This document shows, one piece after another, positions 1 through 10,424 of a DNA stretch of 32,000 nucleotides. The notes under the pieces were generated by a model, which saw only the letters and a program-made list of their open reading frames with translations, made no database searches and was not told the DNA's origin. The first letter of the stretch is position 1; each line of letters starts with the position of its first letter. Location of the stretch: the NCBI RefSeq assembly GCF_019431335.1, contig NZ_CP080235.1; one strand, 5' to 3'. Source of the DNA: Escherichia coli O139:H1 (GTDB taxonomy: Bacteria; Pseudomonadota; Gammaproteobacteria; Enterobacterales; Enterobacteriaceae). A program made the translations under genes and the position numbers.

Positions 1-1314
1 GAAGATCGTCCGCCGCTTCCTCAAACTCTGTTTGCCGCCTGTCAGCATTTGCTGGCGATGTTCGTTGCGGTGATCACGCCAGCGCTATTAATCTGCCAGG
101 CGCTGGGTTTACCGGCACAAGACACGCAACACATTATTAGTATGTCGCTGTTTGCCTCCGGTGTGGCATCGATTATTCAAATTAAGGCCTGGGGTCCGGT
201 TGGCTCCGGGCTGTTGTCTATTCAGGGCACCAGCTTCAACTTTGTTGCCCCGCTGATTATGGGCGGTACCGCGCTGAAAACCGGTGGTGCTGATGTTCCT
301 ACCATGATGGCGGCTTTGTTCGGCACGTTGATGCTGGCAAGTTGCACTGAGATGGTGATCTCCCGCGTTCTGCATCTGGCGCGCCGCATTATTACGCCGC
401 TAGTTTCTGGCGTTGTGGTGATGATTATCGGCCTGTCGCTAATTCAGGTTGGGTTAACGTCCATTGGCGGCGGTTACGCAGCCATGAGCGATAACACCTT
501 CGGCGCACCGAAAAATCTGCTGCTGGCGGGCGTGGTCTTAGCCTTAATTATCCTGCTTAACCGTCAGCGTAACCCATATTTGCGCGTGGCCTCACTGGTG
601 ATTGCGATGGCGGCCGGATATGCGCTGGCGTGGTTTATGGGCATGTTGCCAGAAAGCAACGAACCGATGACGCAAGAACTGATTATGGTACCAACGCCGC
701 TCTATTACGGTCTTGGCATCGAATGGAGTCTGCTGCTACCCCTGATGCTGGTCTTTATGATCACTTCACTGGAAACCATTGGCGATATCACGGCGACCTC
801 TGACGTTTCCGAACAGCCAGTGTCCGGTCCGCTGTACATGAAACGCCTGAAAGGCGGCGTGCTAGCAAACGGCCTGAACTCGTTTGTTTCGGCGGTGTTT
901 AACACCTTCCCGAACTCCTGCTTCGGGCAGAACAACGGAGTGATCCAGTTGACCGGGGTTGCCAGCCGCTATGTCGGTTTTGTCGTCGCGCTGATGTTGA
1001 TCGTGCTGGGTCTGTTCCCGGCAGTGAGCGGTTTTGTACAACATATTCCAGAACCGGTTCTGGGCGGCGCAACGCTTGTAATGTTTGGCACCATCGCCGC
1101 CTCCGGTGTGCGCATTGTGTCTCGTGAGCCGCTGAACCGTCGGGCGATTCTGATTATCGCGCTGTCGCTGGCGGTTGGTCTGGGCGTCTCTCAGCAGCCG
1201 CTGATTTTGCAGTTTGCCCCTGAGTGGCTGAAAAACCTGCTCTCCTCCGGGATCGCCGCGGGCGGTATTACTGCCATCGTGCTGAATCTGATTTTCCCAC
1301 CAGAAAAACAGTAA
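1..1314 (+). CDS. xanP: Xanthine/uracil permease family (NCS2) transporter, XanP/YicE, 5' truncated by window start
   Basis: Frame 1 is open from base 1 ([30 protein letters not shown]...), upstream of the track's Met at 49; product matches XanP as I recall it; adjacent to yicH. Confidence 0.93.
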
Positions 1315-1434
1315 TTCACTGGCGGCGGTAAGATAATTACCGCCGCAGTCTCACCTCTTTCACCATTCCCGCCTTGAGGATTGCGCGTAAATCGTGCATA
1401 ACTCCCTTATGTGCATTTCACGGGATGGAAGACC

Positions 1435-3144
1435 ATGAAATTTATTGGGAAGCTGCTTCTCTACATTTTCATCGCTCTGTTAGTGGTGATCGCTGGCCTC
1501 TATTTTCTTCTGCAAACCCGCTGGGGAGCAGAACATATCAGCGCATGGGTTTCCGAGAATAGCGACTATCATCTGGCCTTCGGGGCGATGGATCACCGTT
1601 TTTCCGCGCCATCTCATATCGTGCTGGAGAACGTCACGTTCGGCCGTGATGGTCAGCCCGCGACCCTGGTGGCAAAAAGTGTCGACATTGCGCTAAGCAG
1701 TCGGCAACTGACCGAACCACGCCATGTCGATACCATCCTGCTGGAAAACGGGACGCTGAATCTCACCGACCAGACCGCGCCGCTACCGTTCAAAGCCGAT
1801 CGTCTGCAACTGCGTGATATGGCGTTTAATAGCCCGAATAGCGAATGGAAACTGAGCGCGCAGCGGGTAAATGGCGGCGTGGTTCCGTGGTCACCAGAAG
1901 CCGGTAAAGTGCTGGGTACGAAGGCGCAGATTCAGTTTAGTGCCGGATCGCTTTCGCTCAATGATGTTCCTGCCACCAATGTACTGATTGAAGGCAGTAT
2001 TGATAACGATCGCGTTACGCTGACTAACCTGGGTGCCGACATCGCCCGCGGGACATTAACCGGAAACGCGCAGCGTAACGCCGACGGCAGCTGGCAAGTG
2101 GAAAATCTGCGGCTGGCGGATATCCGTCTACAAAGCGAAAAATCGCTAACCGACTTCTTTGCGCCATTACGCTCTGTCCCGTCGTTGCAGATTGGTCGCC
2201 TGGAAGTGATCGATGCTCGTTTGCAAGGTCCGGACTGGGCGGTGACCGACCTCGATCTCAGCTTGCGCAACATGACCTTCAGTAAAGATGACTGGCAGAC
2301 ACAGGAAGGCAAACTGTCGATGAACGCTAGCGAGTTTATTTATGGCTCGCTGCATTTATTTGATCCGATTATAAACGCAGAATTTTCCCCGCAGGGCGTA
2401 GCACTGCGCCAGTTCACCAGCCGCTGGGAAGGGGGCATGGTCAGAACGTCCGGGAACTGGCTGCGCAACGGGAAAACGTTGATCCTTGATGATGCGGCAA
2501 TTGCCGGGCTGGAATATACCTTGCCGAAAAACTGGCAACAGTTGTGGATGGAAACGACACCCGGCTGGTTAAACAGCCTGCAACTGAAGAGATTTAGCGC
2601 CAGCCGCAATCTGATCATTGATATCGACCCTGACTTCCCGTGGCAGCTCACCGCGCTCGATGGTTACGGTGCCAACCTGACGCTGGTTACCGATCATAAA
2701 TGGGGCGTCTGGAGTGGTTCGGCGAATCTGAATGCCGCCGCCGCGACATTCAATCGTGTTGATGTTCGTCGCCCATCGCTGGCGCTGACCGCCAACAGCA
2801 GCACGGTGAATATCAGCGAACTGAGTGCATTTACTGAAAAAGGCATTCTGGAAGCCACCGCCAGTGTTTCACAAACGCCACAACGTCAGACCCATATCAG
2901 CCTGAATGGACGCGGTGTGCCGGTGAATATTTTGCAACAGTGGGGATGGCCTGAATTACCGTTGACTGGCGACGGCAATATTCAGCTTACTGCCAGTGGC
3001 GATATTCAGGCCAATGTCCCGCTGAAACCTACGGTTAGCGGGCAATTGCATGCCGTGAACGCCACAAAGCAGCAAGTGACTCAAACCATGAATGCAGGCG
3101 TCGTTTCCAGTGGCGAAGTTACATCGACGGAGCCGGTGCAGTAA
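1435..3144 (+). CDS. yicH: AsmA-family protein YicH
   Basis: 569-aa product starting MKFIGKLLLYIFIALLVVIAG (N-terminal TM) is more likely than the longer 577-aa start at 1411; syntenic with xanP. Confidence 0.9.
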   Translation: MKFIGKLLLYIFIALLVVIAGLYFLLQTRWGAEHISAWVSENSDYHLAFGAMDHRFSAPSHIVLENVTFGRDGQPATLVAKSVDIALSSRQLTEPRHVDTILLENGTLNLTDQTAPLPFKADRLQLRDMAFNSPNSEWKLSAQRVNGGVVPWSPEAGKVLGTKAQIQFSAGSLSLNDVPATNVLIEGSIDNDRVTLTNLGADIARGTLTGNAQRNADGSWQVENLRLADIRLQSEKSLTDFFAPLRSVPSLQIGRLEVIDARLQGPDWAVTDLDLSLRNMTFSKDDWQTQEGKLSMNASEFIYGSLHLFDPIINAEFSPQGVALRQFTSRWEGGMVRTSGNWLRNGKTLILDDAAIAGLEYTLPKNWQQLWMETTPGWLNSLQLKRFSASRNLIIDIDPDFPWQLTALDGYGANLTLVTDHKWGVWSGSANLNAAAATFNRVDVRRPSLALTANSSTVNISELSAFTEKGILEATASVSQTPQRQTHISLNGRGVPVNILQQWGWPELPLTGDGNIQLTASGDIQANVPLKPTVSGQLHAVNATKQQVTQTMNAGVVSSGEVTSTEPVQ

Positions 3145-3186
3145 ATACGCGGGCGCTAACGGATATCAACGTTAGCGTCCCCGCTA

Positions 3187-3867
3187 TTACCGCAAAACAG
3201 CATACTCACTACACAATAACCATTTCACCGGTTCATCTTCTTCTATCGCCGGAAAACGTCCTCCCGGCTCAAGAAAATGGTTATCATGTTGGTCATCATT
3301 TACCATCGAAATTTCCCAGCCGAGAACAAACGCTTTTTCCGCCCAGAAGCGATGATACAGACGCGGCGGCAGGCAAATGCCCTGCCCCGGCTTTAGCACC
3401 AGCGTTTCACCAGGTTTCATGGTACGCCGCTGACCATCAACACTCACGGTAATGACTCGTTGATCATCACAGAGATTGGCTTCGTTGGCCCAGGCCAACT
3501 GCATGCATAAGTCTCCACCGCCCCGATTGAGGATATCTTCCATTTTGTGGGTGTGAAAATGCCAAGGAGTCTGCTGATCTTGTTGGATCTGCAACATTTT
3601 CTCAGCATACGGTTTTGGATATGCCGCCGACCCCAGCGCGCCGTTGCGCATCGTTAGCAGTGTTAGTCCCGTTTGGTTGAAATCACCACGACCAAAATCG
3701 GTGATATCCCAACCGAGCTGTAAGTCGACCACTTCTTGCCAGTTATCCCGTTCCAGCTGCAGCCAGTCATCCACCGTAAAATAGGCGAACTCTGGCAAAC
3801 AAACGCGGAAGGTCTGCGCAATGGCATGTGCTTTATCAATAACATAATTAATTTGTGAACGTTTCAT
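3187..3867 (-). CDS. D-lyxose ketol-isomerase-like cupin sugar isomerase
   Basis: MKRSQINYVIDKAHAIA...; PWHFHTHKMEDILNRGGG cupin metal-binding motif and GICLPPRLYHRFW; 227 aa from internal Met. Confidence 0.8.
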   Translation of the reverse strand: MKRSQINYVIDKAHAIAQTFRVCLPEFAYFTVDDWLQLERDNWQEVVDLQLGWDITDFGRGDFNQTGLTLLTMRNGALGSAAYPKPYAEKMLQIQQDQQTPWHFHTHKMEDILNRGGGDLCMQLAWANEANLCDDQRVITVSVDGQRRTMKPGETLVLKPGQGICLPPRLYHRFWAEKAFVLGWEISMVNDDQHDNHFLEPGGRFPAIEEDEPVKWLLCSEYAVLR

Positions 3868-4780
3868 TGGCTTCTCCGTTGCGCATAGCAAGCCAGGCAG
3901 CGCCACGCATTCCGCTACTGTCGCCGTGCTGTGCTTTTACAATGGGAGTGGTGAATTGATCGGTGAAAACCAGTGGAGCAACTTCTGCGTTCAGAGCGGT
4001 GATAAGCAGTTCCACATTCGAAAGCCCGCCGCCGATCACAATCACGCCAGGGTCAACAACGTTAACGATGGTTGCCAGCGTGCGGGCAAGCTGTTGGCGA
4101 AAACGTGCCACCTGCTGCATGGCACAAGCATCACCACGTTGTGCCAGGGTGACAATCGCCGCAGGAGTGAGCAAGTTACCAGTCATCTGTTGATAGCGTT
4201 CACTAAAACCGCTGCCGGAAACAAACGACTCCACGCAGTTGTGTTTGCCGCAATAGCAACTGACTGATGGACCATCTTCCTGCTCCGTATAGCCTGGCAA
4301 CGTGATATGACCGCATTCGGCAGCATTTCCCCAGGCCCCTATAAACGGTCGTTGCTTGATGGCAATGCCACCGCCGCAGCCCGTACCAAGCGTAATACCA
4401 AATACCACGTCATAATCTTGCCCGGCACCGTCGCAAGCTTCTGATAGCGCGAAACAGTTACCATCATTGGCTATCACCACCGGTTGCCCAAGCAATTGCT
4501 GCAAATCAGCCTGTAACGCATGACCGTTAATCACCTGAATATTCGCGTTTTTAATCAGGCCAGTGAGTGGCGAGATACTGCCGGGTAAGGCGATCCCTGT
4601 CAGCATCGGTCGTTGAACGTCCCGCCTAATCTGCTCGATAAACGCCACAACGCATGAGACAAATTGTTGATATGTCGACTTTTGCGTCGGGCAGCGGTAA
4701 CGGCGAATCTCCCAGCCATGCGCATCCATGACGACGGCGGCGATTTTGGTCCCACCAATATCCAACCCCAGATAGTGCAT
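3848..4780 (-). CDS. ROK-family sugar kinase
   Basis: MHYLGLDIGGTKIAAVVMD N-terminal ATP-binding motif, GTGCGGGI, ROK zinc-type CGHITLPGY...CYCGKHNCVES. Confidence 0.88.
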   Translation of the reverse strand: MHYLGLDIGGTKIAAVVMDAHGWEIRRYRCPTQKSTYQQFVSCVVAFIEQIRRDVQRPMLTGIALPGSISPLTGLIKNANIQVINGHALQADLQQLLGQPVVIANDGNCFALSEACDGAGQDYDVVFGITLGTGCGGGIAIKQRPFIGAWGNAAECGHITLPGYTEQEDGPSVSCYCGKHNCVESFVSGSGFSERYQQMTGNLLTPAAIVTLAQRGDACAMQQVARFRQQLARTLATIVNVVDPGVIVIGGGLSNVELLITALNAEVAPLVFTDQFTTPIVKAQHGDSSGMRGAAWLAMRNGEANETFTN

Positions 4781-4827
4781 ATCTCGTTCCTTGTTGCGTA
4801 AAAGGCGGGTCACCCCGCCCTTCTGGC

Positions 4828-5688
4828 TTAGTACAGTGATGCTTTACCGAGCGAACCGAACAGTTTCATTTTGTGGCGAATGACTTCCCGCGCCGCGTTA
4901 ATCGCATCCGGATAGATGACGTTCGGGTCCCACCAGCTCTCTTTAGCGAGAATTTCACGCACTTTCTGGAAATAGGCGTATTTCATATCGCTGGAGATAT
5001 TGATTTTGCCGACGCCGAGCGTAACTGATTCAGCAATCTCCGCGTCCGGGTTTGCCGAACCACCGTGTAGCACCAGCGGAATATCAATACGTCCGGCAAT
5101 GTCGCGCAAAATGTCCATTTGCAGCTTCGGCTGCATCCCTTTTGGATAGATGCCATGCGCTGTACCAATCGCCACAGCCAGAGTGTCGGCACCTGTACGA
5201 GCAATAAAATCGGCGGCCTGCGCCGGATCTGTGTAGGTCACTTGTGAAACACCACCTTCTACCGACGTTCCTGTTTGTCCGATGGTTCCCAGTTCACCCT
5301 CAACCGACACTCCAACCGCGTGAGCGAGGCGAACCACTTCTGCGGTCAGCGCCACGTTTTCTTCATACGGCAGCAGCGAACCGTCGATCATTACTGAGGT
5401 AAATCCGCAGCGAATCGCACGCAAAACATGCTCTACAGAGGCACCATGATCGAGGTGCAGTACAAACGGGACCGGACTACGCTGGGTAATTTCGCGAACG
5501 TGAGCGAAAAAGGCATCGCCCACAAAATCATGTTCGCTGGGATGGATGGCAATAATCGCCGGAGTATTTGTCGCTTCTGCTTCATCCACGACTGCGCGAA
5601 GGAAACAGTTATCCGCCACATTAAATGCGCCAATGGCAAAGCCGTGCTGGCGGGTAGGTTGCAGTAATTCTTTCATCGAAACTAACAT
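4828..5688 (-). CDS. Class II ketose-bisphosphate aldolase (copy 1)
   Basis: GAFNVADN, LHLDHG, GFTSVMIDGS, VEGELG, LAVAIGTAHGIY, LVLHGGS, KINISSD: typical GatY/KbaY/Fba class II motifs. Confidence 0.88.
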   Translation of the reverse strand: MLVSMKELLQPTRQHGFAIGAFNVADNCFLRAVVDEAEATNTPAIIAIHPSEHDFVGDAFFAHVREITQRSPVPFVLHLDHGASVEHVLRAIRCGFTSVMIDGSLLPYEENVALTAEVVRLAHAVGVSVEGELGTIGQTGTSVEGGVSQVTYTDPAQAADFIARTGADTLAVAIGTAHGIYPKGMQPKLQMDILRDIAGRIDIPLVLHGGSANPDAEIAESVTLGVGKINISSDMKYAYFQKVREILAKESWWDPNVIYPDAINAAREVIRHKMKLFGSLGKASLY

Positions 5689-5768
5689 GTTAAATCTCCA
5701 GTTTCAGCGTGTAGTCCGCCCTGCCGGTGCGTTATTGCACTGGCATAAAGGCCATGACAGAAAATGAA

Positions 5769-6620
5769 TCAGGCTTTGCCGATAGAGCCGCTCGCCTGTA
5801 AATACGGTGTAATCGCTTCTTCGAAGGCCAGTTCCATAGCTTTCAGCGCGTCCACCAGTTCAATGGATATATCGTGACAGAGGGTATGCAGGAGCGCGGA
5901 TTTCCCCCGTTCAAAAATGGCCGCCCCCACGTTGATTTTTGCTACCCCCAGAGTCGTACAGAGCTGGAGCTGATCGAACGGCGTACCGCTACCACCATGT
6001 AATGCCAGAGGCACGCTCGAGCAGTGGAAAATCTCCGCCAGACGCTGAAAATCAATAGCAGGTACAACACCAGGCGCGTACATGCCGTGCGCCGTGCCTA
6101 CCGAGACGGCCAGTAGATCAATGCCTGTCTGCGCGATAAACGCTTCCACATCAGTGGGTTGCGTCATCATGTCTGCATTGGCGGCCTGGTCGTAACGCGG
6201 CGCATCTGCCAGATGGCCCAGTTCGCCTTCAACGCAGAGCTGCGCGCTGGCGGCGAGTTCCACCACCGCCTTGGTCTGGCGCACGTTTTCCTCCAGGGGA
6301 AAAGCAGAAGCATCAATCATTAATCCGCTGAAACCAGCACGAAACGCCTGACGAATACAGTCCGGATTTTTGCCATGATCAAGCGCCAGAGTGACCGGTA
6401 CTGAGGCAGATTCCGCGAGCGTTTTAACCACTGCCGCCGCGACGGGTGCAGGAAAATGCGCCAGATGCCCCTGATAGAGATTGAGAATGATCGGAGCGCG
6501 ATTCTTCTCCGCCACGCGGATAGCTGCGCGAGCACTTTCCAGATTCATACAGTTGATCGCCAGCAAGGCGTAATGTTCATGCCAGGCTTTCATCACCATA
6601 CTTTTCATATCGGCAAACAT
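5769..6620 (-). CDS. Class II ketose-bisphosphate aldolase (copy 2)
   Basis: LALDHGKN, GFSGLMIDAS, VEGELGHL, LLAVSVGTAHGMY, LALHGGSG, AKINVG; paralogous to the neighbouring gene. Confidence 0.87.
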   Translation of the reverse strand: MFADMKSMVMKAWHEHYALLAINCMNLESARAAIRVAEKNRAPIILNLYQGHLAHFPAPVAAAVVKTLAESASVPVTLALDHGKNPDCIRQAFRAGFSGLMIDASAFPLEENVRQTKAVVELAASAQLCVEGELGHLADAPRYDQAANADMMTQPTDVEAFIAQTGIDLLAVSVGTAHGMYAPGVVPAIDFQRLAEIFHCSSVPLALHGGSGTPFDQLQLCTTLGVAKINVGAAIFERGKSALLHTLCHDISIELVDALKAMELAFEEAITPYLQASGSIGKA

Positions 6621-6631
6621 AGGGCCTCCGG

Positions 6632-7723
6632 TTATTCGAGGGTGAAAGTGATCTCTTCATCTTTCAGCTTTTGATCGCTCAGTTCGTCAAACTCTTCGTC
6701 GCGTTCCGTTACCGGTTTCTTCCAGAGTGAAAGCATCACGCCACAAATCACCGTGCCTATACCCAGCGCCAGGCAAAACAGCAGAGGATGGGTGAACAGA
6801 GGCACAACAAACATGCCGCCATGTGGAACCGGACTCTCCACGCCCCACACCATGATTAAGCCGCCCGCGACCGCCGATGCCACCACACAAGATCCCACTA
6901 CTCGCAACAGGTCACGCGCGGCGATCGGAATGACTCCTTCAGTGATCATGCAGATCCCCATCGGAAACGCGGCTTTCAGCGCCTCGCGCTCCGCACGGGT
7001 GTATTTATGGCGTGTCAGTAAGAACGAAAGTGTGATGCCAAACGGAGGGATGATTGAGCCGACAAATTTCACGGCTTCTGGTCCGTAGACGCCACTGACC
7101 AGCAAGCCATCGGAAAACAGCGACATGGTTTTGTTGACCGGACCACCGAAATCGAAGGTTGCCATCGCGCCAAGTATGGCCCCCATCAGGAAGCGCGATC
7201 CGCCCTGCATCGACTCGAGCAAATGAATCAGTGCTTCTTGTAACCAGGCGATGGGTTTACCAATCAGCGTCATCATTAACAGCCCACCGATAATGGTGCT
7301 TAATACCGGCAACACCATGATTGGCATGAGTCCTTGCATCGACTGCGGCAGGCGAATATAGCGTTTAAGTAGCAAAATGGTGTAGCCCACCAGGAAACCA
7401 CCCAACATACCGCCAATAAATCCGGTATGGATTTGCCCACAGAGAAAGCCGACAATCAGGCCCGGGGCAAATCCGGGACGATCGGCAATAGAATAGGCAA
7501 TTGCCGCGCTAATCAGCGGCACAATCAGCCCCATTCCCCAGCCGCCAATCTGATTAAGCATCCACGGGATTGTTCCTGTTTTTTCACCAACATCTGTACC
7601 GCCAAGAACTTGCCCCAACGCAATACATATCCCGGCGGCCACAATAAGGGGTATCATCCACGAGATGCCGGTTAATAAATGTTTTTTAATTTCCTGTGAA
7701 ACCGGAATTTTATTTTCTTTCAT
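6632..7723 (-). CDS. PTS fructose-type EIIC permease
   Basis: 363-aa multi-TM protein: LTGISWMIPLIVAAGICIALGQ, PGFAPGLIVGFLCGQIHTGFIGGMLGGFLVGY, FDFGGPVNKT, fructose-family EIIC signatures. Confidence 0.9.
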   Translation of the reverse strand: MKENKIPVSQEIKKHLLTGISWMIPLIVAAGICIALGQVLGGTDVGEKTGTIPWMLNQIGGWGMGLIVPLISAAIAYSIADRPGFAPGLIVGFLCGQIHTGFIGGMLGGFLVGYTILLLKRYIRLPQSMQGLMPIMVLPVLSTIIGGLLMMTLIGKPIAWLQEALIHLLESMQGGSRFLMGAILGAMATFDFGGPVNKTMSLFSDGLLVSGVYGPEAVKFVGSIIPPFGITLSFLLTRHKYTRAEREALKAAFPMGICMITEGVIPIAARDLLRVVGSCVVASAVAGGLIMVWGVESPVPHGGMFVVPLFTHPLLFCLALGIGTVICGVMLSLWKKPVTERDEEFDELSDQKLKDEEITFTLE

Positions 7724-7747
7724 ATTAAGATCCCTCCAGTATAAGGA

Positions 7748-8062
7748 TCATTTATTTCCCAGTGATTTTTCGACCTTTTCAAGAAATTGAACGGGCGATT
7801 TAATGACGATCTCTGTCTTTACTCGCACAATGCGTTTATTGGTAAAACGTTCTTCTCCTTTTATTTTCACATCCACAGCAAGAATCACGACGTCAGCAGC
7901 AGAGATCTCTGCCGCCTGCAATTCGTTTTCTGTACCAATGGTTCCCTGGGTTTCAACTTTAATGGTGTGGCCCAGTGCTTTTGCCCCTTTAATTAACTTT
8001 TCACGAGCAATATAGGTGTGAGCAATACCCGCCGTGCAGGCGGCAACACAGACAATATTCAT
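7748..8062 (-). CDS. PTS fructose-type EIIB
   Basis: MNIVCVAACTAGIAHTYIAREKLIKGAKALGHTIKVETQGTIG: phosphocysteine loop CTAGIAHT. Confidence 0.92.
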   Translation of the reverse strand: MNIVCVAACTAGIAHTYIAREKLIKGAKALGHTIKVETQGTIGTENELQAAEISAADVVILAVDVKIKGEERFTNKRIVRVKTEIVIKSPVQFLEKVEKSLGNK

Positions 8063-8079
8063 GAGATACTCCCTGTTAT

Positions 8080-8550
8080 TTAGTAGACATCGGATTGTGC
8101 ATACTGACTAAAGAGATCAATGATTTTTTGCGGGCTCGTCTCAACCAGCAATTGCGCTATGATGTCATCATCTGCAAGCGCGCCCGCGACCTGGGAAAGT
8201 AAACGGATATGAGTGGTATTTTGATCTTCAAGACGTACCGCAAATAAAATAATACAGCGTACGCTACTGCCATCCAGTGTTTCCCAGGGAATATCCTGCC
8301 GGGTACGCCCGATAGCCAGCGTGGTATTAATTACCGCAGAAGATTTACCATGCGGGATCGCAATATGATTTTCAAAACCAGTCGAGCCTTCCGCTTCGCG
8401 CTGCCAGACATCTTTAATAAAGGTTTCCCGACAATCGATCGCACCATCTTTTTTGAGAAGATTAGTTAATTCTTCAATCGCCTCCGCTTTATTCGTCGCT
8501 TGCATATCTAAAATAACGCGATTCGTATTCAGGATTTTTGTTATGTCCAT
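8080..8550 (-). CDS. PTS fructose-type EIIA
   Basis: EIIA(Fru/Mtl) motifs including STGFENHIAIPHGKSSAVINTTLAIGR. Confidence 0.9.
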   Translation of the reverse strand: MDITKILNTNRVILDMQATNKAEAIEELTNLLKKDGAIDCRETFIKDVWQREAEGSTGFENHIAIPHGKSSAVINTTLAIGRTRQDIPWETLDGSSVRCIILFAVRLEDQNTTHIRLLSQVAGALADDDIIAQLLVETSPQKIIDLFSQYAQSDVY

Positions 8551-8576
8551 TCGTCATACCTCATAAAATTCTGACA

Positions 8577-10130
8577 TTAAATTTCAACGACCCGAGATGT
8601 CGCATGATGTAATTTTTCCGTAATCACCATTTCAGTGACTCGCTTAATATCGGCATCATTAAAAAAAGCGGTAACATAAGCGACCGGCATAGTGACTGTA
8701 GGCAAATTAATGGTCGAAATAATCAGTTCGATATTGTCAGGCAAAACCTGTGATAAATTCGCTGCTGAAATAACATCAACAATCGTCCATTCAGGAAATG
8801 CTCGCAGAATACGGCTTTTCAGTAGATGCGAAGTTCCGATTCCGGTTGAACAGACCAGTAATACACGTTTACGGGCAATTTGCCGCTCCATCGCAGCCTG
8901 AAAATGAACGGTCAGGTAACCTACTTCATCCTCGCTCACTGCATTCTCACCCCAGGTTTTAAATACCTGATTCACCACATATTGCGTCAACCGCCAGACA
9001 TCCGCTAATTCTGCTTTAATATCTTCCAGCAATGGATTACGGATATGAATGCGATAATTTAGTCGGTTAATCAGCGGCTTAATATGAACCAACAAGCCAT
9101 CATATAATGCGCTGTCTTCACTAAAATCGCAGTCCACGATGTCACTGAATACCGTAATTAAACGCCAGGTAATCAGACGCGCTTCATTGCTGGCCTGCAT
9201 ATGTGAAATAATGCTAACATCTTTTTGTCCATCAATCGCCACACCTGATGAAATGATATATTGATAAATAAACCAGACTTCATCATCGGGCAATGTATGT
9301 GCAATTCGTTGTTCTATCTTATGAATCATCTGACTGGCAACATTAAAGATATTTTCATCATATTGCCTGGTTTGATCTTCTTCTCTGGATAACGCATTCC
9401 CGTGCGTGTTGCGATACATCATAATAAGGATGTGAGTAAAAATGTTAACGTAATAAGGCTCTCCCAAAGACCAACTTAATTCATTTTCCATATCCAGTAA
9501 CAATGACTGGACAAATAACACCTCTTCTTCTCCAAAATAATGGACTAATGCTTTATAACTTCCGGGATCCAGACGTGAATACACGACACCTTGCGGCTCA
9601 TTATGGTTAATAATGCCGTTAATCAGTAATGCCATTGCCTGTCGGACTTGCCCTTCACTACCTTCAATATGCGTACCACTTGGGCTTCGGATCAATGATA
9701 ACCCCAACGGCGCAAGCCAGGACTCAATCACTCTCAGGTCATTAACAATAGAGGCTCCACTGATAAAATAGCGCTCTGACAATTTACTGATCGACGTTTC
9801 ATTCGGTGTTTCACTTAATAACTGCGACGCTATTTTAACGCGCCTGGCATTATTCATTACACCATCAATCTCTTCACATTCTGCTCCCAACAAATGATCA
9901 AGATGCAGCAAATCAGTAATATTCTTCGAGTCTAACATCACACCTGCGCCAGCACGCTTCTCAACGGTTATTCGCCATTGTTCCAGCCATTGCTCAAGTA
10001 AACGTAAATCACGTTGAATGGTTTTTTCCGAAACATTTAAATAGCCGGCAATCGTAACAATAGTCGTATATTCCCTTCGTGGTAAAAGGAATCGTAATAA
10101 TCTGTTTTGTCGCGAGGTAATCATTTGCAT
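8577..10130 (-). CDS. frzR: PRD-containing PTS transcriptional activator (BglG/MtlR-like), FrzR-like
   Basis: N-terminal HTH (LLRFLLPRREYTTIVTIAGYLNVSEKTIQRDLRLLEQW), PRD-like middle, EIIB-like C-term (VLLVCSTGIGTSHLLKSRI); context matches the published frz operon. Confidence 0.72.
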   Translation of the reverse strand: MQMITSRQNRLLRFLLPRREYTTIVTIAGYLNVSEKTIQRDLRLLEQWLEQWRITVEKRAGAGVMLDSKNITDLLHLDHLLGAECEEIDGVMNNARRVKIASQLLSETPNETSISKLSERYFISGASIVNDLRVIESWLAPLGLSLIRSPSGTHIEGSEGQVRQAMALLINGIINHNEPQGVVYSRLDPGSYKALVHYFGEEEVLFVQSLLLDMENELSWSLGEPYYVNIFTHILIMMYRNTHGNALSREEDQTRQYDENIFNVASQMIHKIEQRIAHTLPDDEVWFIYQYIISSGVAIDGQKDVSIISHMQASNEARLITWRLITVFSDIVDCDFSEDSALYDGLLVHIKPLINRLNYRIHIRNPLLEDIKAELADVWRLTQYVVNQVFKTWGENAVSEDEVGYLTVHFQAAMERQIARKRVLLVCSTGIGTSHLLKSRILRAFPEWTIVDVISAANLSQVLPDNIELIISTINLPTVTMPVAYVTAFFNDADIKRVTEMVITEKLHHATSRVVEI

Positions 10131-10424
10131 TTTTTACCCTTATCACAGATTAAGAAGCCCCATGTGGAAGAGCTTCAGTTGCCATCTCTGAGGGTAAATA
10201 TAAAGCAGAATAATTTCACAACAATACTAAAATCTGTCCGTAGTCCGGACATGTATAAAACAAAACGGGGCGGTTAATAGATATTTTTCGGCACAGATCA
10301 CATTTTCGTGATGAATAATCGTGATCATGCTCGCAAATACGATGGAAGAAATATTTATTACCAGATGTGAGATTATTTACCGGATACGACACAAAACCAT
10401 TCGTATCCGGCATTCTTCAATAGA

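Noticed and set aside
10216-10413. 65-aa minus-strand ORF between yicI and the PRD regulator
   Set aside because: No recognisable domain, AT-rich intergenic position; could be chance. Not listed as a CDS.
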